Source of the DNA: Verrucomicrobiaceae bacterium
Lineage (GTDB): Bacteria > Verrucomicrobiota > Verrucomicrobiia > Verrucomicrobiales > Verrucomicrobiaceae
Direction of reading: 5' to 3'
Assembly (NCBI GenBank): GCA_027490195.1
Contig: JAIXYN010000006.1
Coordinates: 6,930-70,929, forward strand
DNA length: 64,000 nucleotides
Part shown: positions 28,558 to 38,737 of the stretch, one piece after another
How the letters are laid out: every line of letters begins with the position of its first letter
Numbering within the stretch: the first letter of the stretch is position 1
Made by a program: the position numbers and the translations under genes
Notes under the pieces: model-generated
The model's input: the letters and a program-made list of their open reading frames with translations, nothing else
Databases searched by the model: none
Told to the model about the DNA's origin: nothing

Positions 28558-29343
28558 ATGCTCAAAGAAGCCGCCATCCCACTCACTGACGACACGCTCG
28601 CGCCCGGCACAGAGCGCACGCTTGCCATCCTCGAACTCCTCGGTCGCCACCGTGCCGGACTCAGTCTCACGGAGATCGCCCGCGAGCTCGATCTGCCGGT
28701 CAACTCCGTCTTTCGCATCACCGGCACGCTGCACAGCCGCGGCTACCTGCAGCGCCGCGAGGATGACAAGCGCTTCGTTCTCACCAACAAGCTCTTCGAC
28801 CTCTCCCGCCCGGTGGTGCGCGAGAAGAGCCTCGTCGTCTGCGCCTTGGAATCCCTCAAATGGCTGCGCGATGAAACCGGCGAGACCACTCAAATTCTCG
28901 CCAGCGTGAATCACAAGATGACCGTGCTGGAGCAGTGCATCTCTTCGCAGCCGATCAAGGTCAGCAGCACCGTCGGCCTGCAGGTGCCCATGTACTCCTG
29001 CGCGCCCGGCAAGGCAGTGCTCGCGCATCTCCCACCGGCGGAGCTTGAGAAATTCTTCGCCGCCGTTCAGCTCAAGCAATACACGCCCACCACGCTCGCG
29101 ACCGCTGAGTCGCTCGAAACCGACCTCGCCAAAACACGCAAGCGAGGCTTTGCCACCGACATCGCCGAGGGACTCGAAGGCATCCATTGTGTCGCCGCCG
29201 CCATCCTCGATGAATACCACTACCCCGTTGCCGCCATCACCGTCATGTCCCCTTCCTTCCGCCTGAAACGCGACCAGTTTGACAAAGCCGGCAAGCTTTG
29301 CCTCGAAGCCGCCGCCACCATCACCCGGAGGCTCCTGGCATGA
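28558..29343 (+). CDS. IclR family regulator
   Basis: wHTH (ERTLAILELL...SLTEIARELDLPVNSVFR) and effector domain (CAPGKA, RKRGFA, CVAAAI). Confidence 0.93.
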   Translation: MLKEAAIPLTDDTLAPGTERTLAILELLGRHRAGLSLTEIARELDLPVNSVFRITGTLHSRGYLQRREDDKRFVLTNKLFDLSRPVVREKSLVVCALESLKWLRDETGETTQILASVNHKMTVLEQCISSQPIKVSSTVGLQVPMYSCAPGKAVLAHLPPAELEKFFAAVQLKQYTPTTLATAESLETDLAKTRKRGFATDIAEGLEGIHCVAAAILDEYHYPVAAITVMSPSFRLKRDQFDKAGKLCLEAAATITRRLLA

Positions 29344-32300
29344 AGCCCCATCTCCTCATACTTTCCACCACGCTTCTTTGCGGCAGGCTTCTCGCGGCAC
29401 CTACACCGGCACAAATCGAGTTCTTTGAAGCCAAGATCCGCCCTATCCTCGCGCAGGAGTGCTATGAATGCCACAGCACCGGCACCAAAAAAAAAGGCGG
29501 CCTCGTACTCGACTCCCGCCCCGGCTGGCAGGCTGGTGGTGAATCCGGAGATGTCATCAAGCCCGGCGATCCCGCCGGCTCGCTGCTTCTGCAAACCATC
29601 AAGCATCAGCACGAAGACATCAAGATGCCCAAAGCCGGAGCCAAGCTAGATGACAAAGTCATCGCCGACTTCGAACAATGGATTCGCGATGGCGCTGCCG
29701 ATCCGCGCGACACCGCCCCCTCCAAAGCAGAGATCGCCAAAGAGACCAACTGGAAGAGCATCATCGAGCGCCGCAAGCAGTGGTGGGCCTTTTTGCCCGT
29801 CTCAAAGCAGCCCGCGAATAAAACCATCGATGACTACATCGACGCGGAACTCACCAAGCAGGGCATTCCCGCAGCAACGCCCGCCGATCCACAGACACTG
29901 CGCCGCCGCATGAGTTACATCCTCACAGGTCTTCCACCTTCAGCGGAGCAGAGCATCGATGACCTTCTTGCCTCACCTCACTTCGGCGAAAAATGGGCAC
30001 GCCACTTCATGGACTGGGTCCGCTACGCGGAAAGTTACGGCTCCGAAGGCGACCCTGCCATTCCCTACGCATTTCAGTATCGCGACTACCTCATCCGCGC
30101 CTTCAATGAGGACGTGCCGTATCCGCAACTCCTCAAGGAAGCCATCGCCGGAGACTTGCTAGCAAAGCCTCGCATCAAGAACGGCATCAACGAAAGCGCC
30201 ATTGGCATCGCGCAATTGCGTATGGTGCTGCACGGTTTCTCACCGGTCGATTCACTCGATGAAATGGTGACCTTCACGGACAACCAGATCGACACCGTCA
30301 CCAAAGCCTTCCAGTCCCTCACGGTTAGCTGCGCCCGCTGCCACAATCACAAGTTCGACGCCATCTCCCAGGCCGACTTCTATTCCCTCTACGGCATCTT
30401 CACCAGCACTCATCCAGCCGTCATCGATGTGAACGCACCCGGCACCGGCAAAGCGGAGCGTGAAGAACTCGCCAAGCTCAAGCAGCAGATCAAAGACGCT
30501 GTGGCAGCACACTGGCTGAAAGTAGCGCCGAAGACCGCGTATTACGACACCTCCGACTCCGCGCATCCTGGCCTCGATAAATACCAGTGGTTCACCAACG
30601 GCGTCAACCTTACCAAGGCGGGCGAGTTCTCCGTCGCGCTTGAGGGCGATGGCATCGTTTCACAAATCTACCCTGGCGGTTACTTCAGCAATCTGCTCAC
30701 CACCAAGGAACGCGCCGTCGTGTTTTCAAACCGCTTCAAATGCGAAGGCGGCACGTTGTGGTTTCGTGTCGCTGGCAATGGCGGCGTTAAGGCCAAGTAT
30801 GTCGTGGAGAACTACCCGCGCACCGGCACGATTCACAAGGCAGTGCTGCTGGGCGAGACCAAGGATGAGAAGCTTGGCTGGCGCTCGCTTGATCTCGAAT
30901 TCTGGAAGGGCGATGAAATCTTCATCCAGCTCATCACCTCGGCCGACATGCCGGCTGAATACAACAAGGACGCACGTTCCTGGTTTGGCCTCACCGATGT
31001 CGTCATCACCAAAGACAAAACGCCACCTTCAAAAGAAGGACGCACACAGCTCTCTGCCGGTGAAGTCATCCAGGCATGGCAGAAGGGCATGCTCAGCAAC
31101 AGCCAGGCCGAGGCGCTCAACCGTCTTGTTCAGGCAGGCACGCTGCCGAACCAACTGAAGGACATTCCCGCAGCAGCCAAGCTGGTGACCCGCTACCGTG
31201 AAGTCGAAGCAAAACTGCCCATGCCCACCCGCGTTCCCGGCGTCATCGAAGCCGATGCCAAGGACGCGCCGCTCTTTGTCCGGGGCGATCACAAACAACC
31301 CTCTGAAGTCGTCCCGCGCCGCTTCCTTGATGCCCTCGATCCCACCCCCTTCAACACCAAGGGCAGCGGTCGCTTGCAGCTCGCTGAACACATGGCGGAC
31401 ATGAATAACAATCCACTCACCGCGCGCGTCGTCGTCAACCGCCTCTGGCATCACGTCTTCGGTCGCGGCATCGTCGCCAGCGTCGATAACTTCGGCAAGC
31501 TCGGAGACCTGCCCACGCATCCCGAACTGCTCGACTTCCTTGCCCAGCGTTTCATCGACAGCGGCGGCTCCATCAAAGCCATGCTGAAGCTCATCGTGAG
31601 CTCCAAGGCCTTCCAGCGCAGCGCGCAGGCCTCTGACATCGCCATGCAGAAAGATCCCGAGAACAAGCTGCTGAGCCATTGGAGCATCCACCGCCTCGAA
31701 GCCGAAGCCATTCGCGATTCCATCCTCACGCTGACCGGCAAACTCGAAACCGAACTCTACGGCGAATCGACCGCCACCAACACACCGCGCCGCAGCATCT
31801 ACGTCAAAGTGGTCCGCAATTCGCTTGATCCCTTCCTCACCACCTTCGACTCCCCGGTGCCTTTCAGCACGCGTGGCAAGCGCGACACCACCAACGTCCC
31901 CGCACAGTCACTCACCCTTCTCAACGACAACAACGTCATCCGCTGGTCCCGTGAATGGGCGCTGCGCTCCAGCAAAGTCGATGCCGAACAGCGTGTGAAA
32001 CAGATGTTCAAAGAAGCCTTTGCCCGTGCAGCCACGGCGGATGAAGTGAAGCAGAGCCTCGCCTACCTAACGTCCTTGCAGCAGGAGAACAACGCACGCG
32101 CTCAGGAACTCGCTTTGCAGGAGCAAGAGCTCGCAGCTCTAGACCAGCAGATCAACGCGATCCTCGATTCCGGCCGACTGAAACTGCAGGCCACGCGCAA
32201 ACTCCCCACCGTTCCTCTCAACACCCCCGAACCACTGGCCGAGTGGACCTTTGAGAAAGATGCCAAAGACGTCAACGGTCGCATGCATCTCGAACTCGTC

Positions 32301-33044
32301 GGCACGGCCCACATCGAAAAAGGCGCGCTGATTCTCGATGGCAAGTCGATGGCCAAATCCGGCTCGCTGCCAAAACCGATCACCACCAAGACCCTCGAAG
32401 CTTGGGTCATGCTCGACAACCTCACCCAGCGTGGCGGCGGCGTAGTCACCGTGCAGCACAAAGACGGCGGACAGTTTGATTCCATCGTCTTCGCCGAAAA
32501 GACCCCGCAGCACTGGGTCGCTGGCAGCAATTTCTTTGACCGCAGCGAACTCTTTGAAGGCGAGGACGAGACTGAAGCTTCCACACGCCCCGTGCATGTC
32601 GCCGTTGTGTATCAGCCAGATGGCACCATCAGCGGCTACCGCGATGGCAAACCCTACGGCCGCACCTACCGCAAAGCCCCCGCAGCCCTTTTTGAAGCCG
32701 AGGCCTCTCAGATTCTCCTCGGCTGCCGCCACGGTGCCCCCACTGGCAACAAAGGCCTGACTGGCCGCATCTTCCGTGCCCGACTCTATGATCGCGCGCT
32801 GACTCCGGAGGAGATTGCCAAGACGGCTCTGATCGAATCCAGCAGCGTTACCAAGGCCGACATCATCGCGTCACTCACGGCGGAGCAGCGCAGTAAGCTC
32901 TCCAAACTCAACCCCCGCCGCAAGCAACAGGCCAGCCATCTAGAATCCCTGCGCTTCACCGCCAGCGACGATCCCGAACTCCAAGCCTGGACCAGCCTCG
33001 CGCAATCGCTCATCAACCTGAAGGAGTTCATCTACCTGCAGTAA
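29340..33044 (+). CDS. Planctomycete cytochrome C / DUF1549 / DUF1553 protein with LamG-like insert
   Basis: CYECH haem motif, CARCHNHKFD, NPLTARVVVNRLW, LPTHPELLD, EAIRDSIL, LamG-like TLEAWV...PVHVAVVY; ATGA overlap with iclR. Confidence 0.9.
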   Translation: MKPHLLILSTTLLCGRLLAAPTPAQIEFFEAKIRPILAQECYECHSTGTKKKGGLVLDSRPGWQAGGESGDVIKPGDPAGSLLLQTIKHQHEDIKMPKAGAKLDDKVIADFEQWIRDGAADPRDTAPSKAEIAKETNWKSIIERRKQWWAFLPVSKQPANKTIDDYIDAELTKQGIPAATPADPQTLRRRMSYILTGLPPSAEQSIDDLLASPHFGEKWARHFMDWVRYAESYGSEGDPAIPYAFQYRDYLIRAFNEDVPYPQLLKEAIAGDLLAKPRIKNGINESAIGIAQLRMVLHGFSPVDSLDEMVTFTDNQIDTVTKAFQSLTVSCARCHNHKFDAISQADFYSLYGIFTSTHPAVIDVNAPGTGKAEREELAKLKQQIKDAVAAHWLKVAPKTAYYDTSDSAHPGLDKYQWFTNGVNLTKAGEFSVALEGDGIVSQIYPGGYFSNLLTTKERAVVFSNRFKCEGGTLWFRVAGNGGVKAKYVVENYPRTGTIHKAVLLGETKDEKLGWRSLDLEFWKGDEIFIQLITSADMPAEYNKDARSWFGLTDVVITKDKTPPSKEGRTQLSAGEVIQAWQKGMLSNSQAEALNRLVQAGTLPNQLKDIPAAAKLVTRYREVEAKLPMPTRVPGVIEADAKDAPLFVRGDHKQPSEVVPRRFLDALDPTPFNTKGSGRLQLAEHMADMNNNPLTARVVVNRLWHHVFGRGIVASVDNFGKLGDLPTHPELLDFLAQRFIDSGGSIKAMLKLIVSSKAFQRSAQASDIAMQKDPENKLLSHWSIHRLEAEAIRDSILTLTGKLETELYGESTATNTPRRSIYVKVVRNSLDPFLTTFDSPVPFSTRGKRDTTNVPAQSLTLLNDNNVIRWSREWALRSSKVDAEQRVKQMFKEAFARAATADEVKQSLAYLTSLQQENNARAQELALQEQELAALDQQINAILDSGRLKLQATRKLPTVPLNTPEPLAEWTFEKDAKDVNGRMHLELVGTAHIEKGALILDGKSMAKSGSLPKPITTKTLEAWVMLDNLTQRGGGVVTVQHKDGGQFDSIVFAEKTPQHWVAGSNFFDRSELFEGEDETEASTRPVHVAVVYQPDGTISGYRDGKPYGRTYRKAPAALFEAEASQILLGCRHGAPTGNKGLTGRIFRARLYDRALTPEEIAKTALIESSSVTKADIIASLTAEQRSKLSKLNPRRKQQASHLESLRFTASDDPELQAWTSLAQSLINLKEFIYLQ

Positions 33045-33045
33045 C

Positions 33046-33612
33046 ATGGGCTTACTCACGGACATTCTTTCGCGAACGTTGTTTCGATCGACCTTCCGGA
33101 AGATAGATCGCCTGATGGAGGACGTTCGCGCTGGAAAGCCGATTCCGAAGACTGCACCCGATCCAAAGTCTGGCGTACTAAGCGTCAAAGACTCGACGCT
33201 CATCTATGCCTCACCAGACTACGGCGACTGGCAGATTCCAATTAGCGAAATTGTGGCTTTTGGTGAATACACCACTGACAATGGACCATGGATTGATGAT
33301 TGGATCATGGTGTTCGTGACCAGAGATTTTAATTGGGTGGAAGCATCCAACTACTGTGCCGGGTGCGACGAAGTGCGTGATTACCTAGCCAAACACTGGG
33401 GGTTAGAGTCCTTGTACGGTGATTTGACATTCAGCACTGATTTCGGCAGCCGAGCCATCTGGCCTTCGGAGATCGCTGGCCATCCGCTATTTGACTTCGT
33501 CGAACGACCTCAATCCATTTTTGCTAAAGTGAAATCTTTCGGGATGGGCTTAATAGACAAAGACATCACTTCCGAAATCCGCCAGCGCCTTCAACCAACC
33601 GACGCAAAATGA
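33046..33612 (+). CDS. Orphan hypothetical protein, AT-richer than its flanks
   Basis: 188-aa ORF starting 1 nt after the upstream stop and overlapping the next start (ATGA). Confidence 0.75.
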   Translation: MGLLTDILSRTLFRSTFRKIDRLMEDVRAGKPIPKTAPDPKSGVLSVKDSTLIYASPDYGDWQIPISEIVAFGEYTTDNGPWIDDWIMVFVTRDFNWVEASNYCAGCDEVRDYLAKHWGLESLYGDLTFSTDFGSRAIWPSEIAGHPLFDFVERPQSIFAKVKSFGMGLIDKDITSEIRQRLQPTDAK

Positions 33613-35027
33613 ATATGTCCTTCTCCCGCCGCCAGCTCCTCTCCCGCGCCTCCACCGGCTTCGGCATGGGCGCACTTGCAGGCCTCATGCATGAGCAGGC
33701 GCTTGCGGACATGCCGCTCGTGCATCGCGCCAAGAAATTCGCACCAAAGGCACGCAGCGTGATCTTTCTCTACATGAGCGGAGGCGTGTCGCATGTCGAT
33801 TCCTTCGATCACAAGCCGATGCTCACGAAGTTTGCTGGCCAGCCGATGCCGGGTGCGGTGAAGAAGACGCAGTTCAACAACAACGGCACCGTGCAGCCCT
33901 CGCACTGGGAGTTCAAACGTCGTGGGCAGTCGGGCCTGCAAGTGAGCGACCTCTTTCCGCAGATCGGCGGCGTGGCGGATGATCTCTGCATGATCCGCAG
34001 CATGACGGCGAAGTTCAGCGAGCATGCGCAGGGAAACTTCTTCATGCACACCGGTTTTCCCTTCCTCGGCTTCCCCAGCGCAGGCGCATGGACGAGCTAT
34101 GGCCTCGGCACCGAGTCACGCGATCTTCCCGGCTACATCGTGCTGCAAAGCGGCGGTGCATCCACTCCGCATGGCGGCGTGGGTTTGTTCAGCAACGGCT
34201 TCCTTCCCGCGCAACATCAGGCCAGCGTTGTGAAGGCGGATGAAGCCGAAGCCGTCGTCAACATCCGCCCGCGCCAGCCGCAGGACATGCAGCGCAAGCA
34301 GCTCGATTTCATCGGCGCGATGGACCGCCGCTACGTCAGCACCATGCAGCATGACATGCACGTGGAAGCCGCCATCTCCAACTACGAGATGGCCTGGCGG
34401 ATGCAGTCCGCCGTGCCCGATCTCTGCGATATCAGCGGCGAAACCGAAGCGACCAAGAAGCTCTACGGCCTCGACGACCCCGAACCGAAAAAGGCCGCCT
34501 ACGCACGCCAGTGCCTGCTTGCGCGCCGCCTCGTCGAACGCGGCGTGCGCTTCATCGAGCTCAGCACGCTCGCTTACAACGTCGGCGGCGGCAACGGTGC
34601 CAACCCCTGGGATCACCACGGTGCGATCAAAGAAGGCCACGGCAAGATGGCCAATCAGATCGATCAGCCCATCGCCGCTCTCATCAAGGACCTGCGCGCC
34701 CGCGGTCTGCTCGACAGCACGCTCCTCGTCTGGGCCGGTGAATTTGGCCGCACCCCCTTTGCGCAGGGTTCCAACGGCCGCGACCATAACCCCTACGGCT
34801 TCACCGTCTGGATGGCCGGTGGAGGCGTCAAAGGCGGCCATGTTTACGGTGCCACGGATGACCTCGGCTACAACGCCGTCGAAAACATCACCACTGTCTA
34901 TGACATGTGGGCCACCGTATTGCACCTCATGGGCATCGACCACGAACAGCTCACCTACCGTTTCAGTGGGCGCGATCTGCGCCTCACCGATGTGCATGGG
35001 AATTTACTCAAAGACATCATCGCCTGA
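33609..35027 (+). CDS. DUF1501 family protein, copy 1 (Tat-like signal)
   Basis: [50 protein letters not shown]. Confidence 0.92.
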   Translation: MNMSFSRRQLLSRASTGFGMGALAGLMHEQALADMPLVHRAKKFAPKARSVIFLYMSGGVSHVDSFDHKPMLTKFAGQPMPGAVKKTQFNNNGTVQPSHWEFKRRGQSGLQVSDLFPQIGGVADDLCMIRSMTAKFSEHAQGNFFMHTGFPFLGFPSAGAWTSYGLGTESRDLPGYIVLQSGGASTPHGGVGLFSNGFLPAQHQASVVKADEAEAVVNIRPRQPQDMQRKQLDFIGAMDRRYVSTMQHDMHVEAAISNYEMAWRMQSAVPDLCDISGETEATKKLYGLDDPEPKKAAYARQCLLARRLVERGVRFIELSTLAYNVGGGNGANPWDHHGAIKEGHGKMANQIDQPIAALIKDLRARGLLDSTLLVWAGEFGRTPFAQGSNGRDHNPYGFTVWMAGGGVKGGHVYGATDDLGYNAVENITTVYDMWATVLHLMGIDHEQLTYRFSGRDLRLTDVHGNLLKDIIA

Positions 35028-36430
35028 TGAACGCCCACCTTTCACGCCGCCAGCTTCTCGCCAATGCCTCCACCGGCTTTGGCATGGCCGCGCTCGCAGG
35101 TCTCATGCAGGCGGAGTCGCCAGTCAATCGTGCGAAGCGCTTTGCGCCCAAGGCACGCAGCGTGATCTTCTGCTACATGAGCGGCGGGGTGTCGCACTTG
35201 GATTCCTTCGATCCAAAGCCGCTGCTGAAAAAATATGAGGGGCAGCCGATGCCGGTCGAGGTGAAGAAAACGCAGTTCAACAACAACGGCACCGTCCAGC
35301 CCGCACATTGGGAGTTTCGTCAGCGCGGCCAGAGCGGCATGCCAGTGAGCGAGCTCTTTCCGCACATGGCGACAGTCGCAGACGAGCTCTGCGTCATTCG
35401 CAGCATGACGGCGAAGTTCAGCGAGCATGCACAGGGAAACTTCTTCATGCACAGCGGCTTCCCCTTCCTCGGCTATCCGAGCGCAGGCGCGTGGGCCAGC
35501 TATGGACTTGGAACGGAGTCACGCGATCTTCCCGGCTACATCGTGCTGCAAAGCGGTGGCGCCACGGTTCCTCATGGCGGCGTGGGCGTCTTCAGCAACG
35601 GCTTCCTCCCTGCGCAACATCAGGCCAGCATCGTGCAGGCGGATGTGGAGGAGGCCGTGCGCAATATCCATTCCAAGCAGCCTCGCAACATGCAGCGCAA
35701 GCAGCTCGACTTCATCGGCGCGATGGATCACCGCTTTGCCAGCACCTCCCAACATGACGTCCATGTCGATGCGTCCATTGCGAACTACGAGATGGCCTGG
35801 CGCATGCAGTCCGCCGTGCCGGAACTGTGCGACATCTCCGGCGAGACCGAAGCCACGAAGCATCTCTACGGTATGGACGGTCCGGACTCCCCGCGCATTG
35901 CTTACGCGCGGCAGTGCCTGCTGGCACGGCGTCTGGTGGAGCGTGGTGTGCGCTTTGTGGAGTTGAGCTGCCTGCCGCAAACGCTTGGTGGTGGCCAGGG
36001 ACCGAATCCATGGGATCAGCACGGGCAGATCAAAAAAGGCCACGGCAACATGGCCCATCAGGTGGACCAGCCCATCGCAGCACTGGTCAAGGACCTCAAA
36101 TCACGCGGTCTGCTCGACAGCACGCTCGTCATCTGGGCCGGTGAGTTCGGCCGCACGCCCTTCGCGCAGGGCACCGATGGCCGCGACCACAATCCCTACG
36201 GCTTCTCCATCTGGATGGCCGGCGGCGGCGTCAAACCCGGCCACATCTACGGCGGCACGGACGACTTCGGCTACCACGCCATCGAAAACGCCTGCACCGT
36301 CTATGACATGTGGGCCACCGTCCTCCATCTCATGGGCATCGATCACGAGCAGCTCACCTACCGCTTCAGCGGCCGCGATCTGCGCCTCACCGATGTGCAC
36401 GGCAATGTGCTGCGCGATGTGATCGCGTAG
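35027..36430 (+). CDS. DUF1501 family protein, copy 2
   Basis: Starts at the TGATG overlap ([11 protein letters not shown]); same motifs as copy 1 and closely similar to it. Confidence 0.92.
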   Translation: MNAHLSRRQLLANASTGFGMAALAGLMQAESPVNRAKRFAPKARSVIFCYMSGGVSHLDSFDPKPLLKKYEGQPMPVEVKKTQFNNNGTVQPAHWEFRQRGQSGMPVSELFPHMATVADELCVIRSMTAKFSEHAQGNFFMHSGFPFLGYPSAGAWASYGLGTESRDLPGYIVLQSGGATVPHGGVGVFSNGFLPAQHQASIVQADVEEAVRNIHSKQPRNMQRKQLDFIGAMDHRFASTSQHDVHVDASIANYEMAWRMQSAVPELCDISGETEATKHLYGMDGPDSPRIAYARQCLLARRLVERGVRFVELSCLPQTLGGGQGPNPWDQHGQIKKGHGNMAHQVDQPIAALVKDLKSRGLLDSTLVIWAGEFGRTPFAQGTDGRDHNPYGFSIWMAGGGVKPGHIYGGTDDFGYHAIENACTVYDMWATVLHLMGIDHEQLTYRFSGRDLRLTDVHGNVLRDVIA

Positions 36431-36508
36431 TTGGATTAAAACGAGTGTGGCGACAGCCCGCCCGTCTATGAGCGTGTGGCAAACACACCGGCGTAAAAGA
36501 GTTCCCGA

Positions 36509-36578
36509 AGTCGGGCGGTTTGGCGAAGTGAACTGGGGTTGATAATAACCGCAGCACGCCAAACACGCCCAACCAACG
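36509..36578. repeat. About 70-bp palindromic dispersed repeat, copy A
   Basis: Arms AGTCGGGCGGTTTGGCGAAG and GCACGCCAAACACGCCCAACCAACG recur inverted at 59459-59529. Confidence 0.8.
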
Positions 36579-36589
36579 AAAAGACAAGC

Positions 36590-37969
36590 CTACACTTCAA
36601 GCTTCCACGGACCACGATACTCGCGCCCCAGAAGCTTGCTCGCATCCGCATCTCCAATGATCTCTTCCTTCACGGGATCCCATTTGATGGTGCGATTGGT
36701 GAGGAAGGAAATGAGGGCAAGGTGGCCGGGGCTGGCGCTGCGGTGCGCGGTCTCCACTGGGGTGACGGTGGGCTGGCGGCTCTTCACGCAGTCGAGGAAG
36801 TTGCGATGGTGTCCCTTGGTTTCGTAAAGACGTGTCTTGATGACGTCGTCACCCAGCTTCGGTGCCTTGGCGACTTCGATGATCTCGCTCTTTGGATCCT
36901 TGTCATCCTTCCGCTTTTTGACCAGTTGTTTGAGCGCGGGATTCGAGCAGTCGTAAGCGCCACCACGGTTCACATAGACCCAGCCGTCTGCGCCTATCCA
37001 TTTGGTGCCCATTTTGATGTCGTCGTGTCCGCCGGCGATGGTCATGGTGATGTCGCCGGCATACTTGGCTTCGGCGCGGTACTTGGTGGCGGTGTTCCAG
37101 ATGTCCGTGCGTGGCGGCATGTCCACCTGGATGGGGCTGATTTCAATGGGGCCGCTGCGGTCCATGTCCATGCCCCAGTGGGCGATGTCGCAATGATGAC
37201 CGATCCAGTCGAGCAGCTGACCGCCGCCAATGTTGTAATCCCAGCGCCAGTTTTTATGCACGCGGCACTCGATGTAGTCCTGCATCGTCGCAGGGCCGAT
37301 CCACATTTCATAATCCAGCTCCGCCGGTGGTGGTGTCACACTGCGCTTGTCGCCGGTCTTGGCGAAGTCGTTGTGCCCGCTTGGCAGGCCCACGTGGACT
37401 TCCTTCAGCTTTCCAATGAGGCCGTTGCGCACGATTTCAGCACCAATGCGGAAATTGTCTTCGCTGCGCTGCCACGAGCCGGTCTGCCAGATGCGACCGT
37501 GCTTCTGCACCGCCTTCACAATGGCCTGCTGCTCGACGATGGTGCGCGCCAGCGGCTTCTCACCGTAGATGTCCTTGCCATTCTTTGCGGCTTCAATGGC
37601 GGTGAGCGCATGCCAGTTATCGGGCAGTGCCAGCATGACAGTGTCGATATCCTTGCGGGCCATGACTTCGCGATAGTCGTGGTAAGGTTTGCAGTCCTGA
37701 TTTTTGTAAGCGCCGTTGATGGTGTCCAGCGCCTTCTGCAGATTGCGTTTGTCGATGTCACACGCGGCCACGATCTGGCAGTCCTGCTCCTGGAGGAATT
37801 TGCCGGTGTTGCTCGGCCCCATCATGCCCCAGCCGAAGACGGCCATAGTGATCTTGCTGGAAGGCGCATTCTGTCCAATGACACTGGCCGGAATGATGGT
37901 GGGGAAGCCGATGACGGCGGCAGACTTCGTGAGGAACTGGCGGCGGGAGGAAACAGGAATGCGTTTCAT
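36590..37969 (-). CDS. Gfo/Idh/MocA oxidoreductase with Tat signal
   Basis: SRRQFL, FGWGMMG, LPDNWH, IYGEKP, QTGSWQRS, DWIGHHCD. Confidence 0.92.
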   Translation of the reverse strand: MKRIPVSSRRQFLTKSAAVIGFPTIIPASVIGQNAPSSKITMAVFGWGMMGPSNTGKFLQEQDCQIVAACDIDKRNLQKALDTINGAYKNQDCKPYHDYREVMARKDIDTVMLALPDNWHALTAIEAAKNGKDIYGEKPLARTIVEQQAIVKAVQKHGRIWQTGSWQRSEDNFRIGAEIVRNGLIGKLKEVHVGLPSGHNDFAKTGDKRSVTPPPAELDYEMWIGPATMQDYIECRVHKNWRWDYNIGGGQLLDWIGHHCDIAHWGMDMDRSGPIEISPIQVDMPPRTDIWNTATKYRAEAKYAGDITMTIAGGHDDIKMGTKWIGADGWVYVNRGGAYDCSNPALKQLVKKRKDDKDPKSEIIEVAKAPKLGDDVIKTRLYETKGHHRNFLDCVKSRQPTVTPVETAHRSASPGHLALISFLTNRTIKWDPVKEEIIGDADASKLLGREYRGPWKLEV

Positions 37970-38215
37970 AGGGGATGGTTTGGCTGGGAGATAAGTTTTA
38001 AACGAAAGTCCACCCTCAAGTCCAGCCGCAAATGCGTGAGTGGTGCTTAATAGCACACGAACCGATATAGTCCGATGCTCACTCCTGACCGTCGAGCAGC
38101 GCTCCCGCAAACACACTGGCGAAGGCTTTTGCCAAAAGCTTCCAACTCGTCTGTCAGCTCGGTGGCGATGCGACTTGCGAACGCGCTGATCGACAGACAG
38201 AAGTGTCTATCGTAC

Positions 38216-38692
38216 TCAGCAGCTCGTCGGCACCCGCTGCGCCAGCTTCACCGTGTGCGGAATGGCACCGATCACAAAGCTCAGACAATCCACTGCTCCC
38301 TGCGGTTTTCCTGGCAGGGCGATGACAAGGCTGCGATCAACCACCGCCGCCAGACTTCGGGAGAGAATGGCGTTTGGCGTCAGTTCGAGCGACTTCATGC
38401 GCATCAACTCGCCAAAGCCAGGAATCTCCACGCGCATGATACCGCGAATGGCCTCAGGGGTGACATCACGCTCGGCGATGCCTGTGCCACCCGTGGTGAG
38501 GATAAGAGCGCAACCTTGGGCAGAGAAGGAACGAATCGCTTCCTGAATGCGCAGCAGGTCATCGGGGATGATCGCCTCAGCAGCGACTCCCCAGCCGTAA
38601 CCTTCCGCCGCCAGTTTCAGTGCCGGACCACCAAGATCCTCATAGACGCCCTGACTGGCACGATCAGAAACAGTGATGATGCCGACCTGCAT
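38216..38692 (-). CDS. mog: Molybdopterin adenylyltransferase (MogA/MoaB family)
   Basis: ITVSDR, LTTGGTG...RDVTPEA, ILSR, LPGKP. Confidence 0.9.
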   Translation of the reverse strand: MQVGIITVSDRASQGVYEDLGGPALKLAAEGYGWGVAAEAIIPDDLLRIQEAIRSFSAQGCALILTTGGTGIAERDVTPEAIRGIMRVEIPGFGELMRMKSLELTPNAILSRSLAAVVDRSLVIALPGKPQGAVDCLSFVIGAIPHTVKLAQRVPTSC

Positions 38693-38737
38693 TCTGTTTG
38701 TGCTGCCAGTTGGATGTGCGAGGAGACCGGCTGGGCA

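Noticed and set aside
29298-29339. Longer ORF-track starts for several genes (29298, 34907, 38116, 44451, 47802, 49051, 51619, 57313)
   Set aside because: The extensions overlap neighbouring genes or precede clear signal peptides or family N-termini; downstream starts were used.
36509-36578. 70-bp hairpin element as an attC site
   Set aside because: It has a bulged stem but lacks properly placed AAC and GTT core sites in either orientation.
38050-38215. Possible gene fragment (ISAFASRIATELTDELEAFGKSL) or Moco riboswitch near mog
   Set aside because: No start, too short to assign; it lies downstream of mog, and the 45-nt gap upstream of mog cannot hold a Moco riboswitch.
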